The notes beneath the pieces were generated by a model. That model was not told the origin of the DNA and ran no database searches. It saw only the letters and a list, made by a program, of their open reading frames with translations. Positions 47,911 to 56,266 of a stretch of DNA of 64,000 nucleotides are shown here, piece after piece (the first letter of the stretch is position 1; each line of letters begins with the position of its first letter). The stretch covers positions 3,097,725 to 3,161,724 of the forward strand of contig CP051229.1 in the NCBI GenBank assembly GCA_017792365.1, read 5' to 3'. The translations under genes were made by a program, and so were the position numbers. The stretch comes from Hyphomonas sp. GTDB taxonomy: Bacteria > Pseudomonadota > Alphaproteobacteria > Caulobacterales > Hyphomonadaceae.

Positions 47911-49637
47911 GCCGACAACGTAGGTTCGGCATCCTCGCGCGCCGTCTCGGCGGTTGCGAGCGTGCGAAGCGCCTGCGGCCCTTCCACGGCGAGGAAGGCG
48001 CGTGCTGACTTGGCCAGATTGGCGTCCCGGTCGAGCAGTTGGGAGACGCGCTGGATTTCTCCCGGCGCAGCGTCGCGGATTGCGCGGCGGCGTTGCAACT
48101 CGCCCTGGCTGGACGCGCTCGCGATGCGACGCAGATCGGACGCCTTTACCGCAGACAACCTGACGCCGTTGCGGTTGAGCGTATCCAGCAGTTCGCGCGA
48201 CGGTTCATCGCCATTGCCGGACTGGCGGGCCTCAACGCCAGACAGAAGTTCGCGCCATGAAAGGCCGGAATCTGCAGGTGACGCCGGTTCGTCCACGATG
48301 TCATCTTCAGGAAACAGCGGCGGCAGCTTCCGCGTGGCGGATTGCTGATCGGCGAACGCCGTGGCTTTCGATGGCGGCGGCTCGATGGGTCGGGGCGCAG
48401 GCTCGCGACGAGCGGGTTGCGGTTCGCGCGGCGCTTCGTGGTCGGCCATGAACAGGGAGGCCTTCTCGAGACGCTGCTTGGCCTGCTCAATGCCGCTGTC
48501 GGCGGCCTTCGTGGCGCGCGCGGTGGACTGGATCAGATGGTCTGCGAGACGGGCCATGCGTTGCTCGGTCTCATCGGCCTGCTGGCGTACAGCCAGAGCC
48601 GCCGCCCGCGTTGCGCTTTCGGTGCGCACGCCCATTTCCTGCAGCTGGGCCATCGCGGCCTGCGCTTCCTGCGAGGCGGCGCTGGAGCGAGCGCTGAGCG
48701 TCTCGTTGGCCTTCATGGCGGCGTCGAGCGCATCTGACATGGCGTCGCGAAGGGCGTCAGCTGTGTTCTTGGAGGCGGCGCTGGCGAGTTCGCCGGCCTG
48801 ACGCGCGGAATCGACCATGCGGGTGGACTGAACCAGCTGTTCGTCCAGGCGCATCAGGGCCGTCGCCAGGTTCTGCGCCCGTTTGCGGCTTTCGGCCCCC
48901 ATCGTGTCGAGCTGGTCGATGCGATCAGCCAACCGGCGCGCGGTGCTTTCCAGACCATTGAGGCGCTGATCCAGCGTTTCATCGGCGCGGCGGACTTCCT
49001 CCTGCGCGACGCGCGAAGCGTCCGAAACCATCTGCACGTGCATCGGGATCGCCTTGGCGAGGCTTTCACTCTGCTCGCGGATAGAGGCGCTCAGCTCGGC
49101 AAGGCTCTGGCGTTCAGACGTCATCCGGTTCGCCAGCACGTCGCTGTCGGTCCGGACGATCTCGGCGGCCTTGAGGACGGCGGTCACGTTCTTGTCGATG
49201 TCCGACTTCATCGCTTCCATCTGGCTGCGGACGTCGGCAAGCACGCGGTTCACGCGCTGGCTTTCACCGACGACGGCCTCGCCAATCGCCGTGATCTCAT
49301 TCCGGGCATGATCGGCAGGTTCGAGGAGAAGCTTCGCTGATGAAAGGACCAGCGCGTTCGCTGCGGCTGAGCGTGCGCTCTCGCCCGCCATGACGCCGGC
49401 TGCAACAAGCGCAAGTCCGGTTGCAAGGAGCAGCAGCACGAAGCCCGCAGTCTGTAGCGGGTGAATGGCCAGAATGGCGTCCAGACCGAGCGATCCGAAG
49501 GCCCAGGAGGCCGCGCCGGTCCACAGGAGGCCGGCCAAGATGGCGCCGATCCAGGGCATCCACGTGCCGGCTGAGCGCGTAGCCTCCAGCCTCGCGCGAA
49601 CGCGGTTTCCTGCTCGTCGGTCTGTGAAGTCGTTCAT
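47871..49637 (-). CDS. membrane-anchored long coiled-coil protein of unknown function
   Basis: Track ORF 47871..49691; ATG 49637. Two N-terminal TM helices, then about 350 aa of Ala/Glu/Arg/Gln-rich heptad-like sequence, a Pro-rich linker and a C-terminal globular region. Confidence 0.65.
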   Translation of the reverse strand: MNDFTDRRAGNRVRARLEATRSAGTWMPWIGAILAGLLWTGAASWAFGSLGLDAILAIHPLQTAGFVLLLLATGLALVAAGVMAGESARSAAANALVLSSAKLLLEPADHARNEITAIGEAVVGESQRVNRVLADVRSQMEAMKSDIDKNVTAVLKAAEIVRTDSDVLANRMTSERQSLAELSASIREQSESLAKAIPMHVQMVSDASRVAQEEVRRADETLDQRLNGLESTARRLADRIDQLDTMGAESRKRAQNLATALMRLDEQLVQSTRMVDSARQAGELASAASKNTADALRDAMSDALDAAMKANETLSARSSAASQEAQAAMAQLQEMGVRTESATRAAALAVRQQADETEQRMARLADHLIQSTARATKAADSGIEQAKQRLEKASLFMADHEAPREPQPARREPAPRPIEPPPSKATAFADQQSATRKLPPLFPEDDIVDEPASPADSGLSWRELLSGVEARQSGNGDEPSRELLDTLNRNGVRLSAVKASDLRRIASASSQGELQRRRAIRDAAPGEIQRVSQLLDRDANLAKSARAFLAVEGPQALRTLATAETAREDAEPTLSAYLLLDAALSSPA

Positions 49638-49924
49638 GGGCTGTGTCTGGTCATCGTTGGTGGCGAACTCAAGCCGCACGAGCGGCGCCACGACGCCCCC
49701 TCAGCGCGGCTACAATGCGATTTCTTGTTCCGCTTGAAAAGCCGAGAAAGGCAGCGCGTTTAAGGGGCTCTGGCGGTATTTCCGGTCCAAATCGGCGGGA
49801 CCGGCGCGGCAGTTGGAACACGGATCGCTTTTCCCTGTCCCGCATCGGGACAACCCGAACGAACTGGCCTACGACACGAGATGCGCGCCGAAGGCTTTCC
49901 GCGCAGCGACTGAAGGGCGCCCCG

Positions 49925-50290
49925 ATGACTGACGTGATCGACATCGACCAGTTGAAGCTGATGACCGCCGAGGACGCCGAGCTGGCGGAGGAAGCGCTGG
50001 GCATTTTCCGGTCGCAGGCTGAGATGTGGGGCCGGCTTCTGGATCCAAGAAGCGGCGCAGAAAGCTGGGCTGACGCCTGCCACGCCATAAAGGGCGCGGC
50101 GCGAAGCGTGGGCGCGATGGAGCTGGGCGAGGCCTGCGCGAAGGCGGAGACGCTCGGCCGGTCGGGTGAGGTGTCGCCGGCGCAGGCGGGCGTTGCGCTG
50201 TCGGAGGTGAAGGACAAGCTCGGCGCCGCGATCGAGGCGATTGCAGAACTCGAGCACAAGCTGGCGACGACCGGAAAGTTTCCCGGCTAG
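49925..50290 (+). CDS. stand-alone Hpt (histidine phosphotransfer) domain protein
   Basis: Inside track ORF 49643..50290. MTDVIDIDQLKLM...; HAIKGAARSVGA matches the HxxKG phosphotransfer motif. Confidence 0.7.
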   Translation: MTDVIDIDQLKLMTAEDAELAEEALGIFRSQAEMWGRLLDPRSGAESWADACHAIKGAARSVGAMELGEACAKAETLGRSGEVSPAQAGVALSEVKDKLGAAIEAIAELEHKLATTGKFPG

Positions 50291-51222
50291 ACCCCGACGA
50301 CCTCCTCGGCCGCAGCTTCCTCGCGGAGCCACGCCATGAAGGTTCGTGCGAGTTTCGAGGGGGTCCGCCATTTCGGCCAGACGACCCAGTAGGCGAAGTC
50401 GATCTCGGACGAGCCGTCAGCGAACGGTGCGATGAGTCTGCCGCGTTCGAGGTCGGCGGCGGCGATCGCGCGCTTCGCAAGGGCGATCCCCCGGCCTGCC
50501 GCAGCGGCCTCAACCACCAACGAAGACTGGGTGAAGCGGGGCCCGCGGGTCGCATCGATGCCGGTGACGCCGCGCGCTGACAGCCATTGGGTCCAGTCCG
50601 GGCGGGAGGGTCGTTTTCGGGGCTCGTCGTGGAGGAGGACGTGGCCAGCGAGGTCTTCGGGGCGGGTCAGCGGGTGGTCGCCTTCGAGGAGTTCGGGGGA
50701 GCAGACCGGCAGCACGGATTCCGACATCAGTTTTTCTGATCGGAGCCCCTCATACGCGCCCTTGCCGTGGCGGATCGCGAGATCGATGTCGGAATTATTG
50801 AAGTCCGTCAGCGCGATATCGGCGGAAATCCAGACCTCGGCTTCGGGGTTGGCCTGCTGGAATTTCTCGAGCCGGTGGGCCAGCCACTTTGCGCCGAAAG
50901 AGGGCGCCGAAGAGATCATCAGCCGGTCGCGGCGGGCGGGGGCGCGCATGTGGTGGACGGCTTCCGACATCATCTCGAACGCGTTGGTCAGGAGGGGGAG
51001 CGCCGCCTGGCCGGGATCGGTGAGCAGCACCTGACGCCCGGTTCTGCGGAACAGGGGGGCTCCCGCGAACTCCTCGAGCTGACGAATCTGCTGGCTGATG
51101 GCCCCCGGGGTGACGTTGAGTTCCTCTGCCGCGCGGGTGAAGGAAAGGTGCCGTGCGGCGGCCTCGAAGGCCCGCAAGGCGTTGAGGGCTGGGAGGCGTT
51201 CATCCTGGGCCATATGGGGCAA
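50287..51222 (-). CDS. LysR-family transcriptional regulator, divergent from the sulfur-assimilation operon
   Basis: 311 aa. N-terminal HTH LNALRAFEAAARHLSFTRAAEELNVTPGAISQQIRQLE. Confidence 0.9.
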   Translation of the reverse strand: MPHMAQDERLPALNALRAFEAAARHLSFTRAAEELNVTPGAISQQIRQLEEFAGAPLFRRTGRQVLLTDPGQAALPLLTNAFEMMSEAVHHMRAPARRDRLMISSAPSFGAKWLAHRLEKFQQANPEAEVWISADIALTDFNNSDIDLAIRHGKGAYEGLRSEKLMSESVLPVCSPELLEGDHPLTRPEDLAGHVLLHDEPRKRPSRPDWTQWLSARGVTGIDATRGPRFTQSSLVVEAAAAGRGIALAKRAIAAADLERGRLIAPFADGSSEIDFAYWVVWPKWRTPSKLARTFMAWLREEAAAEEVVGV

Positions 51223-51310
51223 GTCCTGTGGCGGTAAGGGTCGCTAAAGTTTGGGCTTAGCTTTGATTTCTTGTGTTTGCGGCGCCGCCTAGCCAAATGG
51301 CGGATTGCAT

Positions 51311-51335
51311 GGTCATGCGTATACGCGCATTCATG
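51311..51335. promoter_or_regulatory. palindromic candidate LysR-type binding site in the divergent promoter region
   Basis: Perfect 10-bp palindrome GCGTATACGC (51317-51326), flanked by ATGC...GCAT arms. Sits in the AT-richer 153-bp intergenic region between the LysR gene and cobA. Confidence 0.3.
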
Positions 51336-51375
51336 AGATATTCTAAAGGCCTTTTGGCAAACTGAGATCAAAAAT

Positions 51376-52230
51376 ATGGGAATCGAGCAGCACAACGCAG
51401 GGGGCGCGAAGGTGGCCCCGCAGGCTGGCCGTGTAGCGCTCGTGGGCGCTGGACCGGGCGACCCGGACCTTCTGACGCTGAAAGCGGCCAGAATGATCGG
51501 CGAGGCCGAGATCCTGTTCGTCGACCGGCTCGTCGGCCAGCGGATCCTGTCTATGGTCAGTGACAGCGCTGAGGTTGTGTTCGTCGGCAAGTCCAAGGGC
51601 GAGCATTCGGTGCCCCAGGACCAGATCCACCAGCTGATGATAGATGCGGCCCGGGCCGGGAAATCCGTCGTTCGGCTGAAGGGCGGCGACCCGTTCGTGT
51701 TCGGGCGTGGCGGCGAGGAAGTGCTGGCCATGCGCGAGGCGGGCATCGAGGTCGAAGTCGTGCCGGGCGTGTCCGCGGCGCTTGGCTGCGCGGCGGCCGC
51801 GCAGATCCCGCTGACCCACCGTGGCGTCGCCCAGGCCGTGACTTTTGTGACCGGCCATGCGGCGCTGGGCGCCGAACCTGATCTCGACTGGCATGCGCTT
51901 GCGCGCGGCAACCAGACGATCGTGGTGTTCATGGGCGTTGGCGCTGCAGGCAACATTTCGCGCCGGTTGGTGCAGGCGGGACGCGCCGCGCAGACGCCGG
52001 TCGCGGTGATCGAGAACGGCACGCGGAGCAACGAGATCCGCGCCTACGGCCAGCTTGAGGACCTTGAGGGTCTGATCGAGCGCGAAGGCATCGAGGGTCC
52101 GGCGCTGCTGGTGATCGGCGATGTGACGGCGCTGGGCGCTGGGGCGCCAACTGGCCTCGGCGAGACCAAAGCCGCCGGCGAGCGGAAGGAAGCCCAGTCA
52201 GTGTCCGACCTGTGGGAGCGCCTGCCGTGA
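51376..52230 (+). CDS. cobA: uroporphyrinogen-III C-methyltransferase (siroheme branch)
   Basis: VALVGAGPGDPDLLTLKA, RLKGGDPFVFGRGGEE. A downstream in-frame GTG (51412) is an alternative start. Confidence 0.9.
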   Translation: MGIEQHNAGGAKVAPQAGRVALVGAGPGDPDLLTLKAARMIGEAEILFVDRLVGQRILSMVSDSAEVVFVGKSKGEHSVPQDQIHQLMIDAARAGKSVVRLKGGDPFVFGRGGEEVLAMREAGIEVEVVPGVSAALGCAAAAQIPLTHRGVAQAVTFVTGHAALGAEPDLDWHALARGNQTIVVFMGVGAAGNISRRLVQAGRAAQTPVAVIENGTRSNEIRAYGQLEDLEGLIEREGIEGPALLVIGDVTALGAGAPTGLGETKAAGERKEAQSVSDLWERLP

Positions 52231-52547
52231 GTTCAGCACGTCCGAAACTGAAACCCGATACGCCAAAGGCGGTCACCGCCTGGAACACCCAGACGGGCCG
52301 GACGGTCTATCTGACGTCCGAGCGGCGATGGTCCGAGGACGTTCTCGACGCCGCCGTGCTGACCGCGCCGCAGGACGAGGAAGAACTCGCCTTCGCAAAG
52401 GGCGATGAGCAGACCGTGACCGACCCCTACTTCATGCAGGTGAAAGCCGAAGGCGGCGTCGACGGACGCGAGACGCTGCGCGAGACGATCCGGGCGCAAG
52501 GCCCGACCAACCACCCGATGTTCGGCAAGCAAGCCGGGAGCCCGTGA
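52227..52547 (+). CDS. DUF2849 domain protein
   Basis: Track ORF 52212..52547. GTG 52227 overlaps the cobA stop (GTGA). The position between the methyltransferase and sulfite reductase genes is typical for this family in alphaproteobacteria. Confidence 0.7.
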   Translation: MSSARPKLKPDTPKAVTAWNTQTGRTVYLTSERRWSEDVLDAAVLTAPQDEEELAFAKGDEQTVTDPYFMQVKAEGGVDGRETLRETIRAQGPTNHPMFGKQAGSP

Positions 52548-52550
52548 CGC

Positions 52551-53201
52551 ATGGCCTATCCAGACGTTCAGAAGATGACGATCTATGGCGACGCCATCAG
52601 CGGCAACTGCCTGAAGTGCAAGTGGGTCGCTGACGCGCTTGGCGCCGACTATGACTGGGTCGCGATCAATGTCGTCGGCGGGGAGACGCAATCGGACGAC
52701 TTCCTGGCGCTGAACCCGGTTGGCAAGGTGCCGTTCGTGCGCTGGCCGGATGGACGCACGCTGATCGAGTCCAACGCCATCATGCATTACCTGGCCGAGA
52801 GCCAACCCGGGGGCGAGCGCTTCATTCCGGCGGACCCGTATGCAAAGGCCCAGATGATCTCTTGGATGTTCTGGGAGCAGTACAGCCACGAGACGGCCAT
52901 CGCCGTGCGCCGCTTCCAGAAGCACTTCCTCGGGAAGGCCGACAGCGACATCGACCCGTTCCTGCTCGGCAAGGGCAGGCGCGCGCTTGGCGTGATGGAG
53001 ATGAAGCTGGCGCTTAATGATTACCTTGTCGGGGACCGCCTGACGCTCGCCGATGTCGCCTTGGTCGCCTACACGCGCTGGGCGCATGAGGGCGGGTTTG
53101 ACCTCGGTGAGTTTCCGGCTGTCGAAAGATGGGTCCGCCGCATCGAGAGCGACCTTGAGATCACTGAACCACGCGACACCGTGGTGAGGAGCGCCGCCTG
53201 A
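52551..53201 (+). CDS. glutathione S-transferase family protein
   Basis: 216 aa. N-terminal thioredoxin-like GST domain (IYGDAISGNCLKCKW...KVPFV...ESNAIMHYL) and helical C-terminal domain. Confidence 0.8.
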   Translation: MAYPDVQKMTIYGDAISGNCLKCKWVADALGADYDWVAINVVGGETQSDDFLALNPVGKVPFVRWPDGRTLIESNAIMHYLAESQPGGERFIPADPYAKAQMISWMFWEQYSHETAIAVRRFQKHFLGKADSDIDPFLLGKGRRALGVMEMKLALNDYLVGDRLTLADVALVAYTRWAHEGGFDLGEFPAVERWVRRIESDLEITEPRDTVVRSAA

Positions 53202-54862
53202 TGTATCGTTACGACCAGTTTGACGAACAGCTTGTGCGTGAACGCGCCGCCCAGTTCCGCGGGCAGGTGGAGCGCCGGCTGTCGGGCGAATTGAAGGAAG
53301 ATCATTTCAAGCCGCTGCGCCTGCAGAACGGCGTCTATCTCCAGCTGCACGCCTACATGCTGCGGGTCGCGATCCCGTATGGGCAGCTGTCATCTCGGAA
53401 GATGCGCCAGCTGGCGATGATCGCCGACACCTATGACAAGGGCTATGGCCACTTCACCACGCGCCAGAACATCCAGTACAACTGGGTGGCGCTGAAGAAC
53501 ATTCCCGACGTGCTCGACAAGCTCGCAGACGTCGAGATGCACGCCATCCAGACCTCGGGCAATTGCATCCGTAACACGACGTCCGATCACCTCGCAGGCG
53601 CCAATGCAGACGAACTCGAAGATCCGCGCCCGTGGTGCGAGATCATTCGCCAGTGGTCGACGATCCACCCGGAATTCGCCTTCCTGCCGCGCAAGTTCAA
53701 GATTGCTGTGACGGCGGCGGCGCCGGACAGGGCCGCGATCAAGGTGCACGACATCGGCCTATTGATGAAGCCGAACGCGAACGGCGAAGTCGGGTTTGAG
53801 GTCTTCGTCGGCGGCGGCCTCGGTCGTACGCCGCACGTGGGCGTCTCGGTCCGCGACTGGGTCTCGAAGGGCGAGCTGCTGAGCTACCTTGAGGCGATCA
53901 TGCGCGTCTACAACCGCTTCGGTCGTCGCGATAACAAGTTCAAGGCGCGCATCAAGATCCTGGTCAACGAGACCGGGCCGGAGGAATTCACCCGGCTGGT
54001 CGAAGAGGAATTCGCCGCGCAGGGGCCGAAGGAAAAGGTCGTGCTTCCGGATGAGGAAGTGGCGCGCATCATGGCCTACTTCGCGCCGCCTGAGTTCGAG
54101 GACCTGCCGGAAGTCTCGCAGGCGTTCGAGCGCGAGAAGGCGAGGAATGAGGGCTTTGCGCGCTGGGCGCGGATCAATCTGCGTGCGCACCGGACGCCGG
54201 GCTATGCCTCGGTCCACATCTCGCTGAAGCCGCAGGGCGTCGCGCCCGGCGATGCGACCGGCGAACAGATGCGCGTCATGGCTGACCTTGCCGAGCAGTA
54301 CGGGATGGACGATGTCCGAGTCGCGCACGAGCAGGATATCGTCCTGCCGCACGTGAAGATGGACGACCTGCCTGCAGTCTACGCGAAGCTGGTCGAGCAC
54401 CGTCTCGCGACGGCGAATGCGGGCCTGATCACCGACCTGATCGCATGCCCAGGACTGGACTATTGCAACCTTGCGAATGCGCGCTCGATCTCTGTCGCCA
54501 ACGACATTCAGGCCGAGTTTGCGGATGCCGATTTCGAGGAAGAGATCGGCAAGCTGCACGTCAACATTTCGGGCTGCATCAACGCCTGCGGGCATCACCA
54601 CGTGGGCCATATCGGCGTGCTCGGCGTCGATAAGAAAGGCGAAGAATTCTACCAGATCACGCTTGGCGGTCGCGCTGACGAGAAGGCGGCCATCGGGGAT
54701 ATCGCGGGGCCCGGCTTGCGGCACGAAGAGGTGCGGCCCGCATTCCGGCGCGTGATCGACAAGTATCTCGAAGTGAGGAACGGCAAGTCGGAAACCTTCA
54801 TCGAGGTTCTCGAACGGCTGGGCCAGGAACCATTCAAGGAGGCCCTCTATGCCTCTGCTTAA
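53201..54862 (+). CDS. cysI: assimilatory sulfite reductase hemoprotein (nitrite/sulfite reductase family)
   Basis: 553 aa. Siroheme/4Fe-4S Cys motifs (CPGLDYCNLA, CINACGHHH). The ATG shares one base with the GST stop. Confidence 0.9.
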   Translation: MYRYDQFDEQLVRERAAQFRGQVERRLSGELKEDHFKPLRLQNGVYLQLHAYMLRVAIPYGQLSSRKMRQLAMIADTYDKGYGHFTTRQNIQYNWVALKNIPDVLDKLADVEMHAIQTSGNCIRNTTSDHLAGANADELEDPRPWCEIIRQWSTIHPEFAFLPRKFKIAVTAAAPDRAAIKVHDIGLLMKPNANGEVGFEVFVGGGLGRTPHVGVSVRDWVSKGELLSYLEAIMRVYNRFGRRDNKFKARIKILVNETGPEEFTRLVEEEFAAQGPKEKVVLPDEEVARIMAYFAPPEFEDLPEVSQAFEREKARNEGFARWARINLRAHRTPGYASVHISLKPQGVAPGDATGEQMRVMADLAEQYGMDDVRVAHEQDIVLPHVKMDDLPAVYAKLVEHRLATANAGLITDLIACPGLDYCNLANARSISVANDIQAEFADADFEEEIGKLHVNISGCINACGHHHVGHIGVLGVDKKGEEFYQITLGGRADEKAAIGDIAGPGLRHEEVRPAFRRVIDKYLEVRNGKSETFIEVLERLGQEPFKEALYASA

Positions 54863-55349
54863 GGACGGCAAGGAAATCACAGACATCTGGACGTTCGTCG
54901 ACGACGAGGCGGAGCTTTCGCCCGGCGGATGCTTTACGGTCTCGCTCGGCAGGTTCCTGTCCGAACAGGACATGCTGCTTGCGCGCAACGAGGATGTCGG
55001 CGTGCGGCTGGGGCCGGCGGATGATCCCGAGCTGCTGAAGCCGGTGCTGGACCGGCTGAACCTGATCGAGGTCGAGTTCCCGAAGTATACCGACGGTCGC
55101 GGCTATTCGATCGCCAACCTGTTGCGGAGGCGCTTTGGCTATGAGGGCGAGCTGCGGGCAGTGGGCGAGGTGCTCAGGGACCAGCTGGGCTTCATGGAAC
55201 GCGCCGGCTTTGACCAAGTGCTGATGCAGGCTGCAGACGCGGAAGCCAAGTACGCCGCCGCGACGAGCGAATTCACCGAAGTCTATCAGGCGAACGCCGA
55301 TGATCGCGCCACGATCTTCGAGCGCCGCCATGGAGCGCGCGAACAGTGA
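54849..55349 (+). CDS. DUF934 domain protein
   Basis: 166 aa; overlaps both neighbours. A conserved companion of cysI/cysH in alphaproteobacterial sulfur operons. Confidence 0.75.
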   Translation: MPLLKDGKEITDIWTFVDDEAELSPGGCFTVSLGRFLSEQDMLLARNEDVGVRLGPADDPELLKPVLDRLNLIEVEFPKYTDGRGYSIANLLRRRFGYEGELRAVGEVLRDQLGFMERAGFDQVLMQAADAEAKYAAATSEFTEVYQANADDRATIFERRHGAREQ

Positions 55350-56084
55350 CCCAGGCACAACCGCAATTGAAGACAGCCGAAACCCCGGAAGCGCGCGTCG
55401 AGCGCCTGAACGCGGAACTCAAGGGCAAGAGCGCGCAGGACATCATCCGCGCGGCGAAGCGCGAGTTTGGCGACGGGCTGGTCTATGTCTCCTCGTTCGG
55501 CGCAGAGAGCGCAGCAATGCTCGGTCTTATTGCGGAAGCCGATCCGTCGCTGCCGATCGTTTTCATCGACACGGGCATGCACTTCCAGCAGACGCTGGAT
55601 TATCGCGATGAACTGGAAGAGCGGCTTGGTCTGACGGGCCTGCGGACGGTCTATCCGGTGAAGGAAGAGGTGAAGGAGCTCGATCCGAAGGGCATCCTGC
55701 ACAAGAGCGATAGATCTGTGCTGTGAGGTGCGCAAGGTGCGCCCGCTGGAACCCGCGCTGGAAGGGTTCGACGCGTGGATCACCGGCCGCAAGCGGTTTC
55801 ACGGCATGGGCAGGGCCAACCTGCCGATCTTCGAGTTCAGCGAGGGCCGCTACAAGGTCAACCCGCTGGCGAACTGGACGCAGGAAGACGTGACCGAATG
55901 GTTTGCGACCTCCGATGTCCCGCGGCACCCGCTGGTCGCGGATGGCTATCCCTCGATCGGATGCTGGCCGTGCACGGCGCGTCCTGCTGATCCCAATGAC
56001 GTCCGGTCAGGACGCTGGGCGGGTCAGAACAAGGAGGAATGCGGCCTCCACGTGAAACGCAACGAGCGGCCGCGCGTTTTCTGA
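55346..56084 (+). pseudogene. cysH: APS/PAPS reductase (Fe-S cluster type), interrupted by a frame change at about 55711-55715
   Basis: Track ORFs 55346..55726 and 55728..56084. Frame 1 ends ...LHKSDRSVL*. The expected continuation DLCCEVRKVRPLEPALEGFDAWITGRKRFHG...SIGCWPCT...ECGLH is in another frame from 55713. Total length is 739 nt. Confidence 0.8.
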
Positions 56085-56166
56085 CGACGAGTTCCTGCAG
56101 CTGACGCAGGGACGGTGGATGCGACTGACAGGCGAGCGCGCTGGGAATCCCTGACGGCATCGTGTT

Positions 56167-56262
56167 ATGACGAATGTTCAGGGGATGACGCAGCAATGCT
56201 GCTGTGCGCTGAGGGACGCGGCCGAGGCATTCAGGCGAACCGCGATCCGGTATGGAGGCTGA
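56167..56262 (+). CDS. candidate upstream small ORF MTNVQGMTQQCCCALRDAAEAFRRTAIRYGG (31 aa, three consecutive Cys codons)
   Basis: Own reading; too short for the track. TGC TGC TGT at 56197-56205. Its TGA (56260-56262) lies 5 nt before ATG 56267, and the ORF covers that gene's GGAGG. It has no convincing SD of its own. Confidence 0.25.
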   Translation: MTNVQGMTQQCCCALRDAAEAFRRTAIRYGG

Positions 56263-56266
56263 CGTC

